50,755 bases of DNA. Origin: a virus. Taxonomy: Duplodnaviria > Heunggongvirae > Uroviricota > Caudoviricetes. The notes below the pieces were generated by a model. The model was given only the letters and a program-made list of their open reading frames with translations. It searched no databases and had not been told where the DNA came from. Of the stretch, positions 10,508 through 23,551 are shown piece after piece; position 1 is the stretch's first letter; the number at the start of each line of letters is the position of its first letter. The stretch is from positions 1 through 50,755 of the IMG/VR virus record IMGVR_UViG_2908959467_000003, one strand, 5' to 3'. The translations under genes were made by a program, and so were the position numbers.

Positions 10508-11352
10508 TGCTCCGCGATTATCTTGATGGTTGTGGCAGTAAACGCCGCACCATTCGACTGAATGGTTAACGTACTGCCATTTGTGGCAAGAAAGCCGTCT
10601 TTATCCACGCTGAAGAATGTAGCTAACAGGATGTTGTCGGTTGTTGTCGCCGCATTACGACTGCTGACCAGTGTGTCAGGAACAGAGCCGGAAAAGGTTA
10701 GCTGCATTGATCTGTTGGTGGTTCCGCTGGGCCACGTCCCGACAATCGACAGCTTGAAGAACAAGGTTTTGTTCTCGTTGAACACAACCATCTTGTTGTT
10801 AACGGTGTCGAAGAATGGTGCCAACGTGCCGGATGACGGCGTGAGCGTTTTCAGCAGGCTAACAAGGTTGGTCGGCGCTGTCGGGATGGTTACAGATACG
10901 CCAGAGTAAACAACCTCTGACTTCTTGCGAGTAGTGGCATACTCCAGAGCATCGATGCGCGTTTCATGGTCTGAAACCTGCGATTCCAGCGACTGAACTC
11001 TGGTATCAAGCGACGCAATATCGCTTTCATTCTGAGCGATTCGCGTTTCATGTTCCTGAAGAGTTGATTCTGCCTGGCTGATTCGCTCCTCATGATTAAC
11101 AAGCGTTGCTTCCGCAGCAGAAATTCGCTGCTCATGGTCAGCGAGAATCACATCCTGCTCATCGTTCCTGACTTGTGCGTCATAAGCGCCCTGTCCGGCC
11201 TCGTTGGCCTTGTTAGCCACGTTACCAACATCAGTGCCCTGTGCGATAACGTAAAGCAGATACGACTGCGAGAAGATATTGCGTGGAAGAACTGATGTAT
11301 CGAGCCGCGTAGCTTGGATGATTACCGGCACATTGAGATTCGAATCCGCCAT
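10504..11352 (-). CDS. Tail needle, P22 gp26-like with extra C-terminal knob domain (282 aa)
   Basis: N-terminus [43 protein letters not shown].. matches recalled gp26; heptad coiled coil; about 100 extra C-terminal residues as in Sf6-type needles. Confidence 0.8.
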   Translation of the reverse strand: MADSNLNVPVIIQATRLDTSVLPRNIFSQSYLLYVIAQGTDVGNVANKANEAGQGAYDAQVRNDEQDVILADHEQRISAAEATLVNHEERISQAESTLQEHETRIAQNESDIASLDTRVQSLESQVSDHETRIDALEYATTRKKSEVVYSGVSVTIPTAPTNLVSLLKTLTPSSGTLAPFFDTVNNKMVVFNENKTLFFKLSIVGTWPSGTTNRSMQLTFSGSVPDTLVSSRNAATTTDNILLATFFSVDKDGFLATNGSTLTIQSNGAAFTATTIKIIAEQ

Positions 11353-12770
11353 TACTCAATCCTTATCTGGCAGCCAGACAGAGTGACAGGTGACTTCGTG
11401 ATAACGCGCAATTTGAAGCCAATGTTTTTCCTGATGCGCCCTACTCTCTTCCACAAAACGCGTTTGTCGTAAACGAACGGTTCATTCTGCTCAATCATCT
11501 GCTCACGTCCGTAATTGATTCCGTCAGTGGTTGCAGAGAGAAAAAGGCGGTCGGCGTACTGCGCAACGCCAGTTGACGATTCAACCTCAAAGTCAAACAC
11601 CCTGGCGTTATCCGCTTTGAACAACGGAGTAAACAGCAGGTGTTCCTGTTGCTTGTCGTACTGGCTGCTGATGTCGAACTGCAATTTCCCGGTCACGGAT
11701 TCCAGCTTATCTCCGCACGTTATCTGATTGCCTTCGTAAATGAAGTCGATAGCGCGGTACACATCGTCATACAGGCCTGTTTTCAGTACACACCATTGCG
11801 GACCATTGGCGCTTGAAGATGCGTCGTACACCAGAACATGGCGCGGAAGATGGATAATCAGAAGCTCATGCGCATCAAATCGCAGAGATTCCATCACGCC
11901 ATCAGCCAGTTCATCAGCAGTGTAGGAGCGGAGTATTTTCTCAATGCTCGCGCTGGCGATTGGTGACACCTGACCGGAGCCGATGATGTATACAGACGGC
12001 GCACCCGTTGCCGGATTGCTGATGAACGCATACGAATCAGCAAACTGCGTTTTGCAGTAGGTTCCGGCAATGCCTTTCTGCACCATTAACGATGGCTGGG
12101 CGACATACAAAGCAGCACCAACGGTGGTTGCCCCAGTCAGGGAAAAATACTCAATCGTCGATGAACCAAAACAGACGATGAAGTCTCGCCATGTTCCGAT
12201 GCCAATGATGCCGTCAGGCTGCGATTCTGCACGATATTGTGCGCTGTAGCGGTCAGGATGCGATTCGTCTTCAAGGTCAGTGATAAACCATGAATCAGTT
12301 CCGTCTTTTGACCACGCATAACGCCCACGTAAACGCGTAATGTCGCGAACCGAACCTAACTCATACTGAGTGAATCCGCTGTCTGTAGGCCAGTTTGAGA
12401 CTGTTTTAACCGTGCCATCATAGCGATACTCGACCAGTTGACCATTAACACCTACCGCCTGTGATGTTCGACCATGCGCCATTGATACGCGACCACTTCC
12501 GGCGACGTCACCGACTTCGCTTTCTCCTTTGTACAGTTTGCCACCACACACGCGATAAACAGCATTCTGCGCCATGTTGTACTCGACGCCGCGAGATACA
12601 CCGTTCACATCAGAGCGTTTGGCAATGCCAGGGAATGAGCGAAGATATCCGCTGCTGTTCAGGATTTCTTTGGGTGTAGCCAGCATATTCACTGGCAGAT
12701 AGTCGATATAGTCGGCGTTTCGAAAGTCTTTGCCGACACCTTTCATAAGCGGAAGTTGCTGAATCGGCAT
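11352..12770 (-). CDS. Tail accessory factor, P22 gp10-like (472 aa)
   Basis: Size and synteny identical to P22 gp10. Confidence 0.8.
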   Translation of the reverse strand: MPIQQLPLMKGVGKDFRNADYIDYLPVNMLATPKEILNSSGYLRSFPGIAKRSDVNGVSRGVEYNMAQNAVYRVCGGKLYKGESEVGDVAGSGRVSMAHGRTSQAVGVNGQLVEYRYDGTVKTVSNWPTDSGFTQYELGSVRDITRLRGRYAWSKDGTDSWFITDLEDESHPDRYSAQYRAESQPDGIIGIGTWRDFIVCFGSSTIEYFSLTGATTVGAALYVAQPSLMVQKGIAGTYCKTQFADSYAFISNPATGAPSVYIIGSGQVSPIASASIEKILRSYTADELADGVMESLRFDAHELLIIHLPRHVLVYDASSSANGPQWCVLKTGLYDDVYRAIDFIYEGNQITCGDKLESVTGKLQFDISSQYDKQQEHLLFTPLFKADNARVFDFEVESSTGVAQYADRLFLSATTDGINYGREQMIEQNEPFVYDKRVLWKRVGRIRKNIGFKLRVITKSPVTLSGCQIRIE

Positions 12771-13248
12771 TTATTCGCCCCCGTTATCGCAAGGTTCCTT
12801 CCGGTGGAAGTAATTCCAACCATTCCACTTCGCCAACTGGTTACCGCTACCAACAGGCATACGGTTTGGATAACCGGACTTACATTTAGCGGCTTTTGCT
12901 CTGTCCATTGCAGACAGTTTGACGAGTCGCTCTTTCCCGTATCTGGCAGTGGTTATAAGTTTTGCTGGCGCTTCCAGCGCATAATCCGGAGCAATGCGGC
13001 AGGCAAGGTTGAAAATGACGGCATTGATGGCGTTATTTGATAAACCGTGCTCATCGCCCTGATCCGGAGCGACATCTGCATCAGCAAAAATGTAGCCAAC
13101 GTTGATACCAGGTGACGCATCACCGCCAAGCCATTCAGCCATCATCATTTCAAGGTCGTTGACGCCGTCTTCCATAGACTGCGGTTCGACATCGGTTAAC
13201 GTGGCATTTGATGCCACACCGAGCTTACGTAATGCCGCAAGAACTAAA

Positions 13249-13271
<23 letters not shown>
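12771..13271 (-). CDS. Tail accessory factor, P22 gp4-like (166 aa)
   Basis: [33 protein letters not shown].. resembles recalled gp4; start taken at the internal Met (13271) rather than the QS-repeat extension. Confidence 0.75.
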
Positions 13272-13503
<232 letters not shown>

Positions 13504-13511
13504 GCTTGTCT

Positions 13512-13539
13512 CCAGATAAAAAGGGAGCCGAAGCTCCCT
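13512..13539 (-). terminator. Rho-independent terminator-like hairpin after coat gene
   Basis: Minus-strand AGGGAGC-TTCG-GCTCCCT followed by a U-run. Confidence 0.5.
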
Positions 13540-13546
13540 CTGGTTA

Positions 13547-14842
13547 TCACGCGGTCTGATTAGGCAGACCAACACCAATTGCTTCTGGTCGTACAGCACA
13601 TGCTGAATACCACACAGCAATACGGCACTTACCAGACAGAGTGTTGATATCACCCTGCGTTGCGAAGATGCCGTTAACACCAATACCAGGAATGCTGAAG
13701 GAAGACGTTTTCATGCCAGCAAACAGTTCATGGGTTACCGGGATCGGCTGAGACAGAAGGCGGATTGAGTCATCAGCCCAGAACACGTTAGCGGTGGTTG
13801 TTGCCACGTTCAGAACGTTTACCGGAGTGGTATCAGCAAGAGAGGTGTTTACGTTAGCGTAAGCCTTCTCTTCTTTTGTCAGTGACGCGTCATCCAGTGC
13901 AATCGGCTTCGGCGTGATTTCGATGTGAGTACTATCGATCACACGGGTGATTGAGAAAGTTGCATCATCAGTCAGCACGTTCTTCGCCATCTGAGACAGG
14001 AATTTCACACCAGTGAAACTGATTTTGTCGCCGCGCTTAAATCCGGTGGTGGAGGATACGGTCACCGTTGCAACACGGTTGTCGACGTTCTCTTTGTTAC
14101 CATCGGTATCAAGGGTGTATGCCTGCGGCTTAAACTTCTGCGCGCCAGAAACAGTTACACCAGTAGCGGTTGACTTGGTAACTGCCGGAAGTTTCGGTGA
14201 GCGAAGAATTTCATCAAAGCCAGCAATCTGACGCTGAATAGTACCGTTGCGATACGTATCTTCAGGAACGCGCCCGAAGATGTCACCATCTACAAGATTG
14301 CGGCCTGCTTTGCGGTAATCGTCAGGGTTCAGGAAGTAACTGATACCCATGTCGCGGTTGAGTTCGCGGGAGAACATCAGTCGCTCTGCATCAGACACAA
14401 AATCCCAGCCAGACAGGCCAGTAGATGGACCAATTGCGCGGGTATCGTGAACAACAAGTGAGCCCATTTCGGTTGCCTGTTTGGCAATTGCTGACTCAAT
14501 GTTATTCGCCAGTTTTTTGGCGGATGCCTGGATGCGGCGACGGTAAGAACGCTCATCACGCAGGTCATCTGCACGAAGCTCGAAGAAATCGTTATCCGGA
14601 TCGCCCATGTTGCACTTCACGGAGAGTTCCAGAATCCCGGTTGCGTTGCCAGTTAAATCCCAGCCAGTCTGAGTTGGCGCTTCCTGCTCAACAGGCATCC
14701 ACACGGTGTTGCTTGAACGTTGCATGGATTCTGCCGGAGGGGTGTATTTTGTCACTTTGGACGCCATTGGCGTCAGGTTCTGGACGGTTTCGATGATTTC
14801 ATCGATAGCGTAAGTAACCAACTGCCCTTCTTTGAGAGTCAT
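13547..14842 (-). CDS. Major coat protein, P22 gp5-like (431 aa)
   Basis: Strong similarity to recalled P22 coat ([20 protein letters not shown].., ..[15 protein letters not shown].., ..[14 protein letters not shown]..). Confidence 0.9.
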   Translation of the reverse strand: MTLKEGQLVTYAIDEIIETVQNLTPMASKVTKYTPPAESMQRSSNTVWMPVEQEAPTQTGWDLTGNATGILELSVKCNMGDPDNDFFELRADDLRDERSYRRRIQASAKKLANNIESAIAKQATEMGSLVVHDTRAIGPSTGLSGWDFVSDAERLMFSRELNRDMGISYFLNPDDYRKAGRNLVDGDIFGRVPEDTYRNGTIQRQIAGFDEILRSPKLPAVTKSTATGVTVSGAQKFKPQAYTLDTDGNKENVDNRVATVTVSSTTGFKRGDKISFTGVKFLSQMAKNVLTDDATFSITRVIDSTHIEITPKPIALDDASLTKEEKAYANVNTSLADTTPVNVLNVATTTANVFWADDSIRLLSQPIPVTHELFAGMKTSSFSIPGIGVNGIFATQGDINTLSGKCRIAVWYSACAVRPEAIGVGLPNQTA

Positions 14843-14909
14843 ATATTGAATACCTTACTTTCTTTATGTGCTATACTATTGTTATATCAACATATAGCGC
14901 ATTAGGGTT

Positions 14910-15431
14910 ATGAGCATGGAACTGAATGAATACTTCGAATACCGCGATGGTTCTTTGGTTTGGAAAGCCAGAAGCTCTGAGTTTTTCAACAACAAAAAGA
15001 ATCGCAACTATCACAACGTTTGGAATGCAAAACACGCTGGGAAAGTTGCTGGTCTTTTAGAAAGCAATGGATATATCCGCATAAGAATTAACGGCATTAA
15101 GTGGCTAGCACACCGCATCGTATGGGTAATGTTTAACGGAGATATTCCAGAAGGCATGGAAATTGACCATATAAATGGGATTCGCCACGACAACAGAATT
15201 GAAAATCTTCGTCTTGTGAAAAAATCAGCAAACCAAAGGAATAGAATCAAACTATCTAAAAATAACTCCAGCGGAATATCTGGAGTTTACTTTTGCAACA
15301 CGCGGAAAAGATGGATCGCTCATAAGCGACTGCTTAATGCAAGAGTGCAAAAAGTATGTTCTTCATTCGAAGAGGCGAAAGAAGTAATCAGAAAGTTTGA
15401 CGAGGAAAACAACATCACGATATCGAAATAA
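14910..15431 (+). CDS. HNH homing endonuclease with AP2-like DNA-binding domain (173 aa)
   Basis: EIDHINGIRHDNRIENLRLV HNH core; GISGVYF..RWIAHKR AP2-like; AT-rich; antisense to the late operon between scaffold and coat genes. Confidence 0.75.
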   Translation: MSMELNEYFEYRDGSLVWKARSSEFFNNKKNRNYHNVWNAKHAGKVAGLLESNGYIRIRINGIKWLAHRIVWVMFNGDIPEGMEIDHINGIRHDNRIENLRLVKKSANQRNRIKLSKNNSSGISGVYFCNTRKRWIAHKRLLNARVQKVCSSFEEAKEVIRKFDEENNITISK

Positions 15432-16343
15432 TTATCGAATTCCTTTATTCAGTTGCGCCTTGAGCTTGCGGTATGTCTCTACATCCCCTTTGTTTGCTGC
15501 TGCTTCCATCTGCTTTTCAATCGCAGAGATATTTGCAGCAACAGCGTGTCCCTGAATGGGTTCATCAGGTAACGGGGCTTCTGAAACAGGTTTGGCTCGA
15601 GGCTTGAGAGTTAAACGTTCTGACAGTCGAGTGAGTTCAATCAGCGCGGATTGCCCGTCCATCGCCAGCAACTGGCGTGTTTTCTCAGGATTAGCACCAA
15701 GGTGATACATGAGAGCGGCGGATTTCTCCGGGAAGAGGCGCATGATGTCGGCACCGACTGCTGGCGGCACCAGTTGCATGAATGCATCCTCTTTCTCCTG
15801 ATAGTCAGGGATATTGAGCTTTTCCGCTGCGTCGTAGTGCTTACGGGCTGCCTCGACGTATTGCGCTGATTGCTGGGTGAACTCCTGAGTTTTGCGACCC
15901 TGCTCGGCGACAGCCTGGCTTCGTGCGTCCATAGCCTTGATCTGCCATTCACTGTTTGCCTGCTGGAAGGCAGCCAGTGCGCGGCTCTGGTCATAGTCGT
16001 ACTTAGCCAGCGCATCTTCGGAAAGATAATCGTTAGGGTCTGGTTGTTTTGGTAACTCAGGGTTCACCCGCAGGTGCTCCGGCAACTCTCCACGCTTAAC
16101 CGCTTCCATCTGCTGCTCAAGCTCACGCTGGCGTTTGCGTTCGATGCGGCGACGGGCAAATTCAGCATTAGTTGCCGGGTCTTGTTTTGGTTTCTCATCG
16201 TCTTTCAGGACAATCTCGAAGCCTTCTTCCTGACCTGCGATGTCGTTGGCATTATCGACAACTAAGCCATCAGCAGATGCCGCTGCATGATTGCCGGGCA
16301 GGGTTAATTCTTCAGAAGCCTGAATGTCGGTGGTTTGGTCCAT
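15432..16343 (-). CDS. Scaffolding protein, P22 gp8-like (303 aa)
   Basis: Size 303 aa and position between portal and coat. Confidence 0.85.
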   Translation of the reverse strand: MDQTTDIQASEELTLPGNHAAASADGLVVDNANDIAGQEEGFEIVLKDDEKPKQDPATNAEFARRRIERKRQRELEQQMEAVKRGELPEHLRVNPELPKQPDPNDYLSEDALAKYDYDQSRALAAFQQANSEWQIKAMDARSQAVAEQGRKTQEFTQQSAQYVEAARKHYDAAEKLNIPDYQEKEDAFMQLVPPAVGADIMRLFPEKSAALMYHLGANPEKTRQLLAMDGQSALIELTRLSERLTLKPRAKPVSEAPLPDEPIQGHAVAANISAIEKQMEAAANKGDVETYRKLKAQLNKGIR

Positions 16344-16356
16344 GGTTAACTCTCTC

Positions 16357-18522
16357 TTATTGAGGTGTCTCGGCTACTCCGCCGGAGGGGATTTGAACTT
16401 GACGCATAAGATTCGCGAAATCCATGCGTTGTGAATGAGTCTGGTCTGCATCTTTAAGAAGCAGCTCAGCGTTAGCACGAGCATCTTTGCTGCGCTGTTG
16501 CTGGAATTGACCTACGAGCTTGAGGTACTCACGCAGTTCTGCCTGCTTGTCGAGGTCCATATTGTTGAAGATTTCTGCAATCTTCGCGGCGTTGAGTTGG
16601 TTTTGGGCTTCAACCTTGGCGGCTTCAACCTGAATCTGCGCCTGTTGGTTCTCTGCCTTGAGCAATTCAGCCTGACCTTGCAGAAGGATACCCTGCGCCT
16701 GAATTTGCTCTGCTGATGGCTGCTGCGGCTGCTGTTGAGCATGCTGTACCATCTCCATCTCTTCAGGTGTTTCTGGTTTCTTCAGCCCCATCATCACCAG
16801 TTGCTTGTTCGCGTACTCTCGCATCATCTCGACGCCTTTACCGTCAAGCAGCGTGAAGTATTGCAGCATCAGCATCTGGAACTCTGGAGTACCTTGCGGA
16901 ACCTTGGTGAGTAACTCCTGAATCTCTGCGCGGTTCTGTTCCTTCATGCTCTGGAAGGATGGCCCAACGTCCGTATAGCACTCATAGCGACCACGAATGT
17001 CGTTGAGTGTGACCACATTACCGGACTGGTAATCGACAACTTGCGCGTAGAGTTGAACGTCTTTCTCGCTACCATCTTCAAGTGTCAGCGTTACATGACG
17101 AGGAACGTCATAAATATCGTTGACCATTGAGGCATAAATCTCGCCATCACGTCGCATTGCGGTAGCCAGGTTATCCTGAAACACGTATGTCTCAAGGTCT
17201 GCCCGCATGTTCAGTTGATTGACGGTATCGAAAGCGACCTGACCGTTTGCTGCCTGCGCATCCACACCAAGACTAGCCACCTCTTTCACTGCGTTGGTGG
17301 CAGCCTCAAGCATGTAAGCGTTGGCTTGCGGCACTTCAGGGTTTTCCATGTAGGAGATTGGACCAATCGGCAGGTCGTTACCGTTTTCATCGGTCCTGTT
17401 CTGCAGATAGTACGGATAGTCATCATTTCCACCGTACATGTATTCGTAGCCTTCGATTTGCTCAGGGAAGAAGGTCGGTTTCTTCTTCGGTGAACGAGCA
17501 ACAATATCGGCGTTGAACGACATGATCATGTTACGAAGGCGTTGACCGTCTTTCGTCAGCCTTACCACGCCCTCGTAGCACTCCTTGTCACCAGCGAATG
17601 ACCATTCGCCGTACACAGGAACGATTGGGATATGCTCTCCAGCTATCTTCTCGCGGTCTTTCAGTATCTGCGTGCAGGTGATGATCGACTTATACACACG
17701 CCGACGCTTCACCTTGCGCTCTGCTACCTTAATGAATCCACGATTAGCCAGGTCGTCGATGACGTCTTTGATATCCTGCTGGTAATAGCTGACCGGCTCA
17801 CCTGTCAGCGGGTCGCGGTAGATGAAGACTTTCTCCTTCTTCTCTTCTACCTCGTAATACTCAGCGACGTAGACGACATCATTCGATACCCACGGAAACA
17901 GCCATGTATCGTTCGGATTCTGGAAAGATGGCAAGGTATCCGGATCAATACCGTAATCCTCTGCGAACTCTTTCCAGCCATTGCGTGACAAGGCGTTAAT
18001 CACCGTGCAGTGCTTAGCGTCGCTCTTATCCATCTGCTTGCTGTTGGCGTCCCATATGACGTGTGAGCAGGCTTCATGGATTGGAAGGCGTCGGATTACC
18101 TGATTGTTGCTTGTTGGGTCGTTGTCTTCGTACTGCGTGACCAGACGCCATGCGCCAACGCCAGACTCTATCTGCTCACGAACGCCAACGTTAACGGCAA
18201 TTTTTGCCGTGTTATGGCGCATATCAGTACGATACATCCCCATCAGCACATCGGCAGCATCAGGATTAGCTCCGTCTTTTGGTCTGAATAGAACGTCGAT
18301 AGGGTTCCGGCGCATCTCTGCGACCAGCTTCCTGACCACCGGGCGAACAACATCAAATTGTCCGCGATATTGCAGGGTGGTGTAGTTTGATAGCCAGTCA
18401 TCCCATTGCGACACTCGGCTAAAATACAGGTCATTTGTCGCCTCGGTTCTGGCTTCATCGCTCGCCATCCAGTCTGCGTCAAACTTACACAGAATGGAAT
18501 TGAGTCTGTTTTCGTCGGCCAT
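16357..18522 (-). CDS. Portal protein, P22 gp1-like (721 aa)
   Basis: Long-range similarity to recalled P22 portal, including the C-terminal Q/A-rich barrel region. Confidence 0.9.
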   Translation of the reverse strand: MADENRLNSILCKFDADWMASDEARTEATNDLYFSRVSQWDDWLSNYTTLQYRGQFDVVRPVVRKLVAEMRRNPIDVLFRPKDGANPDAADVLMGMYRTDMRHNTAKIAVNVGVREQIESGVGAWRLVTQYEDNDPTSNNQVIRRLPIHEACSHVIWDANSKQMDKSDAKHCTVINALSRNGWKEFAEDYGIDPDTLPSFQNPNDTWLFPWVSNDVVYVAEYYEVEEKKEKVFIYRDPLTGEPVSYYQQDIKDVIDDLANRGFIKVAERKVKRRRVYKSIITCTQILKDREKIAGEHIPIVPVYGEWSFAGDKECYEGVVRLTKDGQRLRNMIMSFNADIVARSPKKKPTFFPEQIEGYEYMYGGNDDYPYYLQNRTDENGNDLPIGPISYMENPEVPQANAYMLEAATNAVKEVASLGVDAQAANGQVAFDTVNQLNMRADLETYVFQDNLATAMRRDGEIYASMVNDIYDVPRHVTLTLEDGSEKDVQLYAQVVDYQSGNVVTLNDIRGRYECYTDVGPSFQSMKEQNRAEIQELLTKVPQGTPEFQMLMLQYFTLLDGKGVEMMREYANKQLVMMGLKKPETPEEMEMVQHAQQQPQQPSAEQIQAQGILLQGQAELLKAENQQAQIQVEAAKVEAQNQLNAAKIAEIFNNMDLDKQAELREYLKLVGQFQQQRSKDARANAELLLKDADQTHSQRMDFANLMRQVQIPSGGVAETPQ

Positions 18523-20022
18523 TTAAGTTCTCCGTGCGATGGGCCTGATTGGGGCTGGTATCTTTTTCTCTTTTGGTTTTTTGATGTCGCGCATCATTTT
18601 TGCGAAGCGGCGCATCATGTATGCATAGCGAACGGCGGATAGCACGTCGTCGTTAAGCTTGACGATTTTCCCGTTTTCATCACGGTGATAGAGGCGGAAC
18701 TCCTCAAAGAATGGCTCACAGGTGTTGAATACTTTGAAGCGACCATCAAGCATCATGTCGCGCAATTCAGTGATTCCAGGCTCAACAGCATTACCGCCAT
18801 CAGGCCATGTCGCATGATCCTGCAACATCATAAATCCAGCGTCTGCATACTGCCCTTTGAGCTGCTCACCGCCGCCCTTCTCGTGCTGGTTTCCGTCATG
18901 AGGCCATGCGGTTGGCACTTTATGCGCCCATGATTTAACAGCTCCCCATGCCTGAACAGCTGTTTTTTCTTTCGCCTTCCACACGCGTGAAACGTAGATT
19001 GTGTCTGCGTCCTTATCCCACCAAAGCTGAACCTGCGCCTGTGGGTGATCCCATCCGAAATCCATCCCGCCAATTACGTAGAAGTGATCAGGGCACTCGA
19101 ACGGCTGACACTTAATCGTCTCTTCCGGTATCTGGAAGATTCGACCACTACCCATCGTAGGAATACCGCGAGCACGCGCCTCTCTCTCATGCTCAGGATA
19201 AGATGCGATGATTTGCTCTTTCTGCTCGTCGGTATAGTGCTCAGCGTCGTAGATGGTCATGTTGACCACTTTCTGCGACTTGCTGGGATTCTTCAGGAAC
19301 TTGGTAACAACGTCAGACATCCCCATCAGAGGGGTAAACGTCAGAATTGAGAATTGCCCGTATTTGTTGGTACGGGTAAGGCCTTCGCCATAAATGCTAT
19401 ATGGTGGTTCTTCGTCAAACCACACGCCGTGGATTGTGTCACCCTGCCAGCGAGCACGGCCTTGCGAGTATGGTTTGAAGTAGCAGATTGAAATGCCATC
19501 TTCAACGCCATCAGCCGTGTGATGCTTAACCAGAAGATGATCAACAAGGTTCGGAAAGAAAGGAGACTTCTTCCAGCTAATGATGTCCTCTTTCGGTATT
19601 GAACCGTAGCCCGGCTCATCATTCTCTTCAATACGACCGCACAGGATGCGTTGAGTCGTTTTGGTTACCGTCTCGTTTGTCTCTCCACCAATCCAGAAGA
19701 CAACAGGCTCATAGAAACGCTTACCTTTCCACTCACCGCCATATTTACCATCAGCAGGATAGCCTTTTGTGCCCGGATAACGCCCTGTAAGGTGAAACGC
19801 GACTTCGGCAGCACCGGTAAATGACTTACCAAGCTGGTTACCAGCCATAAAACAGCGCTCTGGATAGTCATGCCCGGCGTCGATGAACTCACGCTGTTTG
19901 CTGTATGGCGTAAATTCATATAGCAGGTGTGTGTTACGGTAGTTCTCTTCTTCTTCGAGTAGCTCGAGCAATTCGATTTGCTCTTCGTCGCTCAGGTTAT
20001 CAAGAATCGCGTCCAGTTCCAC
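18523..20022 (-). CDS. Terminase large subunit, P22 gp2-like (499 aa)
   Basis: Size and synteny downstream of terS; overlaps terS stop. Confidence 0.9.
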   Translation of the reverse strand: MELDAILDNLSDEEQIELLELLEEEENYRNTHLLYEFTPYSKQREFIDAGHDYPERCFMAGNQLGKSFTGAAEVAFHLTGRYPGTKGYPADGKYGGEWKGKRFYEPVVFWIGGETNETVTKTTQRILCGRIEENDEPGYGSIPKEDIISWKKSPFFPNLVDHLLVKHHTADGVEDGISICYFKPYSQGRARWQGDTIHGVWFDEEPPYSIYGEGLTRTNKYGQFSILTFTPLMGMSDVVTKFLKNPSKSQKVVNMTIYDAEHYTDEQKEQIIASYPEHEREARARGIPTMGSGRIFQIPEETIKCQPFECPDHFYVIGGMDFGWDHPQAQVQLWWDKDADTIYVSRVWKAKEKTAVQAWGAVKSWAHKVPTAWPHDGNQHEKGGGEQLKGQYADAGFMMLQDHATWPDGGNAVEPGITELRDMMLDGRFKVFNTCEPFFEEFRLYHRDENGKIVKLNDDVLSAVRYAYMMRRFAKMMRDIKKPKEKKIPAPIRPIARRT

Positions 20023-20488
20023 GGTTGAATAGCTCCTTGATACGAGAGCGCCGCTTATCGCGATCTCCCTTATCAGGTGTCACGTCTTCAACTTGCGACT
20101 GCTCTTTGAGGCCCAAATCACGGGCGATGATGTTAGCGTTGAGAAGGTCAGCGGCTGCGCCAGAGAATTTCTGGTCGTAGATGATGTCTTCCGCTCGTGA
20201 TGTGACGTCAGAAAAACCTTCCATTGACCGGAAGGTTCCCCATGTTTGCCTGGTGATATCAAGGAAGGTACACAATCCTGAAATAGTCATGGCTCGCATC
20301 TTAGGGACATTAGCCTTAATTATTTCTCCCTGATATGAAAATACCTTACCCTCCCATAGTGGGTTATCATCAGCCCACTCGAAGTATTCACAACAAGCAG
20401 CCCACAGCGCCTCAGGCGATTCGAATTTAGGATTTCGCCCATGACTACTGCGGGCCTCCCAAAATCGGTTGCCCTTTGGTGCTGCCAT
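20000..20488 (-). CDS. Terminase small subunit, P22 gp3-like (162 aa)
   Basis: [48 protein letters not shown].. matches recalled P22 gp3. Confidence 0.9.
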   Translation of the reverse strand: MAAPKGNRFWEARSSHGRNPKFESPEALWAACCEYFEWADDNPLWEGKVFSYQGEIIKANVPKMRAMTISGLCTFLDITRQTWGTFRSMEGFSDVTSRAEDIIYDQKFSGAAADLLNANIIARDLGLKEQSQVEDVTPDKGDRDKRRSRIKELFNRGTGRDS

Positions 20489-20567
20489 ATTGATTATTTC
20501 CCTTCTGCTTGCTTATCCCATTCATCGCGGAATTTGGATGGGTTGTCGAAACCTTGAGTTGCCATGT

Positions 20568-20810
20568 TTACGCTCCGGTAGTGAACAGGTCTAACGCTTC
20601 CTTCGATTTACGCACCGCTTCGATAGTGCGGGTCGTGATATCTGAATTAGCGCCGCCTGACTGGAAGTGAATTTTGAATAGCTCAAGCTTCAGTTCGTCA
20701 GTGCCAATAAATTGAAATGCTTCCTCTGCGGCTGCGTTCTGGTTCATGACCAGCTTGTAAATCTCTAACTGGAATTTCGATTCTTCAGTCATGGGAATAA
20801 TCTCTGCCAT
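20568..20810 (-). CDS. Hypothetical protein (80 aa), P22 orf80-like position
   Basis: 80-aa ORF immediately upstream of terS. Confidence 0.4.
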   Translation of the reverse strand: MAEIIPMTEESKFQLEIYKLVMNQNAAAEEAFQFIGTDELKLELFKIHFQSGGANSDITTRTIEAVRKSKEALDLFTTGA

Positions 20811-20913
20811 TGTTGGCTCCGTTTATCCGTTAAAAGGGATATCAGTTAAGATATCCCGTGTAGGGTATAAGCCATTATCAAAGCCACTCAGTAAGGAATG
20901 GCTTTTGTAATAA

Positions 20914-21270
20914 CTACTGTTCGCTTAGCTTCTGCTTCAGCAAGTAACCTTCGAGCATCCAGATTTTGTTTACAGCATTTTGCCGGGCAATCTTCCGACC
21001 AATTTCTGCATCAAAGTTTTCCGGGCTTGCACAGGCACTCTCTCCGGTGACGGTGAAGCCATTCTTCAGCACCAGTACGCAGAAAGTAAGGAGGTCTGTA
21101 GATTTATGCGCTGTCCACGCATCGCCAACGCCCATATTGGCGGCACGAATACCGTCATAAGCAGTAAAGAAATGCTCTTCAAGAATGATGCTTTCGATAT
21201 ATTGGGGCGTAACGCGCGGTGCCGTTTTGCCTTTCTCAACGATTTCTTTTTCGATTTGCTGGTCGTTCAT
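20914..21270 (-). CDS. Hypothetical phage protein (118 aa)
   Basis: Plausible ORF between lysis cassette and terminase; no recognised motif. Confidence 0.4.
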   Translation of the reverse strand: MNDQQIEKEIVEKGKTAPRVTPQYIESIILEEHFFTAYDGIRAANMGVGDAWTAHKSTDLLTFCVLVLKNGFTVTGESACASPENFDAEIGRKIARQNAVNKIWMLEGYLLKQKLSEQ

Positions 21271-21457
21271 AATTATGACCCTGTGGAGTGGTTGCTTGAT
21301 TAGGATGTCTTTCCATCAGTCCGCCACCACAAAGAATCTTTTTTGCCATAAGGCTGGAGGTTCATCTTTCAGTGGCTGCCAGTGTTATTTCCCCACTTTC
21401 TGGCTTGGGTTGTTTCGCTGTACTGCCGTAATGCAAAAACTGGATTAACCTGCGAAA

Positions 21458-21988
21458 TCACACCATTCCGGGCAAATACATTTGCACTTCATTTGCCGCT
21501 CTCTCACGTGCAACATGAAGCAATCTTTTTCGCCCACCAACGCCCCACTTAGCCATTTGGCTTGCGCACTGGCTTATCGCTTTGGTTTCAGTATTGATGA
21601 TGTGATCGATTCTATTCAGACGGGACATTGCGCCAACGCCGAGACGGACAACCGTTTTGAAAACTTCATAAACTTCGATTTCAAATTCCGGCTTAATCCA
21701 TGCTGCATATCTGATTGCCAGAAGTTCAACGCCCCACACACCTGGTTCTGCACCACCTTTGATTATTTTAAGTGGTTGAATTTGTTCCAAAGTGCTTTTT
21801 TGCACTTTGGCCTCCAGTGCTTTTATGAAGCGTTTTATCTGCGAGCTACGCAAAAACTGGCTTGGGCGCTGTTGCTCTGTAGCCTCTCCGTTTGCAACTG
21901 CTGCTGCATGGAGATCGTTTAAGTTGTAGCGTCCGTCCTCATCAACACGAACGGACACACCATTGACAATAACTGTTGGGTACTTCAT
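21458..21988 (-). CDS. KilA-N domain protein (176 aa)
   Basis: N-terminal ..DGRYNLNDLHAAA..RPSQFLRS.QIKRFIKALE resembles the KilA-N signature. Confidence 0.5.
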   Translation of the reverse strand: MKYPTVIVNGVSVRVDEDGRYNLNDLHAAAVANGEATEQQRPSQFLRSSQIKRFIKALEAKVQKSTLEQIQPLKIIKGGAEPGVWGVELLAIRYAAWIKPEFEIEVYEVFKTVVRLGVGAMSRLNRIDHIINTETKAISQCASQMAKWGVGGRKRLLHVARERAANEVQMYLPGMV

Positions 21989-22130
21989 CAGTGATTACCT
22001 TTTAGTGATGAACCTTGTCACACAGGATTCCGGCCCACAGAAAGGCACCGATCACCAAACCGGCATCCTCAAGGGTCATCCTGAAAGGTTCTGTGTTCAG
22101 AAGTCGCGCGTGTGAAGCGCGTTTGTTGCA

Positions 22131-22160
22131 GATATAAAAAAGCCCCGCTAATGCGAGGCT
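22131..22160 (-). terminator. Rho-independent terminator downstream of lysis cassette
   Basis: Minus-strand GCCUCGC-AUUA-GCGGGGC followed by UUUUUU. Confidence 0.5.
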
Positions 22161-22333
22161 AAATCCTGGTGTTTGTGATGACTGGCTCTTATCTCAACGC
22201 AGCCCCTTACCGCGCGCCATATGCTCAATATCAAGCATCAGCAATGAGATGTTTAATCTGGATTCACTCCAGAAGTGATCATTACCCTGTCTACAGAGCC
22301 AGATGTGAAGGATGATGAGTAAAATTATCGCTA

Positions 22334-22771
22334 TCATCGAAGGCATTGCGTCCTGATGTATTCCTGCAGGTAGTTAACCTGCGCGGTTATCCTGTCGATT
22401 CCACTTCGGAGACGGTAATAATTGAGTTCAGCATCTGCTGTAAGTCTTGGGCTTTCTCCATCGCCCATGCCGCTGGCTCCGGTCGTTGACTTTGCACAGG
22501 TGGCGGCGACCTGCAGGCGCTTACGCCCAGCAGAAACATCAGCGCGGAGACTTTCGATAGTCGCGTTAGCATCAGCAAGCTCCTTTGTATATCTGGCATC
22601 GAGTTCTGCTACATCACGTTGACGCTTCTGCATGTCAGCGATGATGGATGCGGCCTTATCGCGCTGCTCTTTGTAGGTCATGGCGTTATCACGGTAATGA
22701 TTAACCGCCCATGACAGACAGACGATGATGCAGATAACCAGAGCGGAGATAATCGCGGTTACTCTGCTCAT
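22334..22771 (-). CDS. Rz: Rz i-spanin (145 aa)
   Basis: N-terminal TM helix then coiled coil; lambda-like position after R. Confidence 0.85.
   Translation of the reverse strand: MSRVTAIISALVICIIVCLSWAVNHYRDNAMTYKEQRDKAASIIADMQKRQRDVAELDARYTKELADANATIESLRADVSAGRKRLQVAATCAKSTTGASGMGDGESPRLTADAELNYYRLRSGIDRITAQVNYLQEYIRTQCLR
22387..22572 (-). CDS. Rz1: Rz1 o-spanin lipoprotein, embedded in Rz (+1 frame)
   Basis: [20 protein letters not shown] lipobox then proline-rich segment; start chosen at the Met before the signal peptide. Confidence 0.7.
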   Translation of the reverse strand: MLTRLSKVSALMFLLGVSACRSPPPVQSQRPEPAAWAMEKAQDLQQMLNSIITVSEVESTG

Positions 22772-23244
22772 ACCTCAATCTCTCTGACCGTTCCGCCAGC
22801 CTCTTTGAATTTTGCAATCAGGCTGTCAGCCTTATGCTCGAACTGGCCATAACCAGCACCCGGCAGTGAAGCCCAGATATTGCTGCAACGGTCGATAGCC
22901 TGACGGATATCACCGCGATCAATCATCGGTAAAGCGCCACGCTCTTTAATCTGTTGCAGTGCCACAGCGTCCTGGCTTTTGGGAGAGAAGTCTTTCAGGC
23001 CAAGTTGCTTGCGGTAGGCATCCCACCAACGGGAAAGAAGCTGGTAACGTCCGGCTGCTGTTGATTTGAGTTTTGGGTTTATCGTGACAAGTTTGCGAGG
23101 GTGATCGGAGTAATCAGTGAATAGCTCTCCGCCTACAATGACGTCATAACCATGATTTCTGGTTTTCTGTCGTCCGTTATCAGTTCCCTCTGACCACGCC
23201 AGCATATCGAGGAACGCCTTACGTTGATTATTGATTTCCACCAT
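22768..23244 (-). CDS. R: Endolysin, lambda R-type lytic transglycosylase (158 aa)
   Basis: [39 protein letters not shown].. near-identical to recalled lambda R. Confidence 0.9.
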   Translation of the reverse strand: MVEINNQRKAFLDMLAWSEGTDNGRQKTRNHGYDVIVGGELFTDYSDHPRKLVTINPKLKSTAAGRYQLLSRWWDAYRKQLGLKDFSPKSQDAVALQQIKERGALPMIDRGDIRQAIDRCSNIWASLPGAGYGQFEHKADSLIAKFKEAGGTVREIEV

Positions 23245-23551
23245 CTTCTACTCCGGCTTTTTTAGCAGCGAAGCGTTTGATAAGCGAACCAATCGAGTCA
23301 GTACCGATATAGCCGATGAACACGCTCGTTATATAAGCGAGATTGCTACTTAGTCCTGCGAAGTCGAGAAGGTCCCGAATGAACCAGGCGATAATGGCGC
23401 ACATCGTTGCGTCGATTACTGTTTTTGTAAACGCACCGCCATTATATCTGCCACGAAGGTACGCCATTGCAAACGCAAGGATTGCCCCGATGCCTTGTTC
23501 CTTTGCCGCGAGAATGGCGGCTAACAGGTCATGTTTTTCTGGCATCTTCAT
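23228..23551 (-). CDS. S: Holin/antiholin, lambda S-type (107 aa)
   Basis: [34 protein letters not shown].. with the dual-start Met1-Lys2-Met3 motif. Confidence 0.9.
   Translation of the reverse strand: MKMPEKHDLLAAILAAKEQGIGAILAFAMAYLRGRYNGGAFTKTVIDATMCAIIAWFIRDLLDFAGLSSNLAYITSVFIGYIGTDSIGSLIKRFAAKKAGVEDGGNQ

Noticed and set aside
16435-18642. Multiple 60-120-aa ORFs on either strand within the portal and terminase genes
   Set aside because: Embedded in or antisense to long, well-supported genes; no independent signals.
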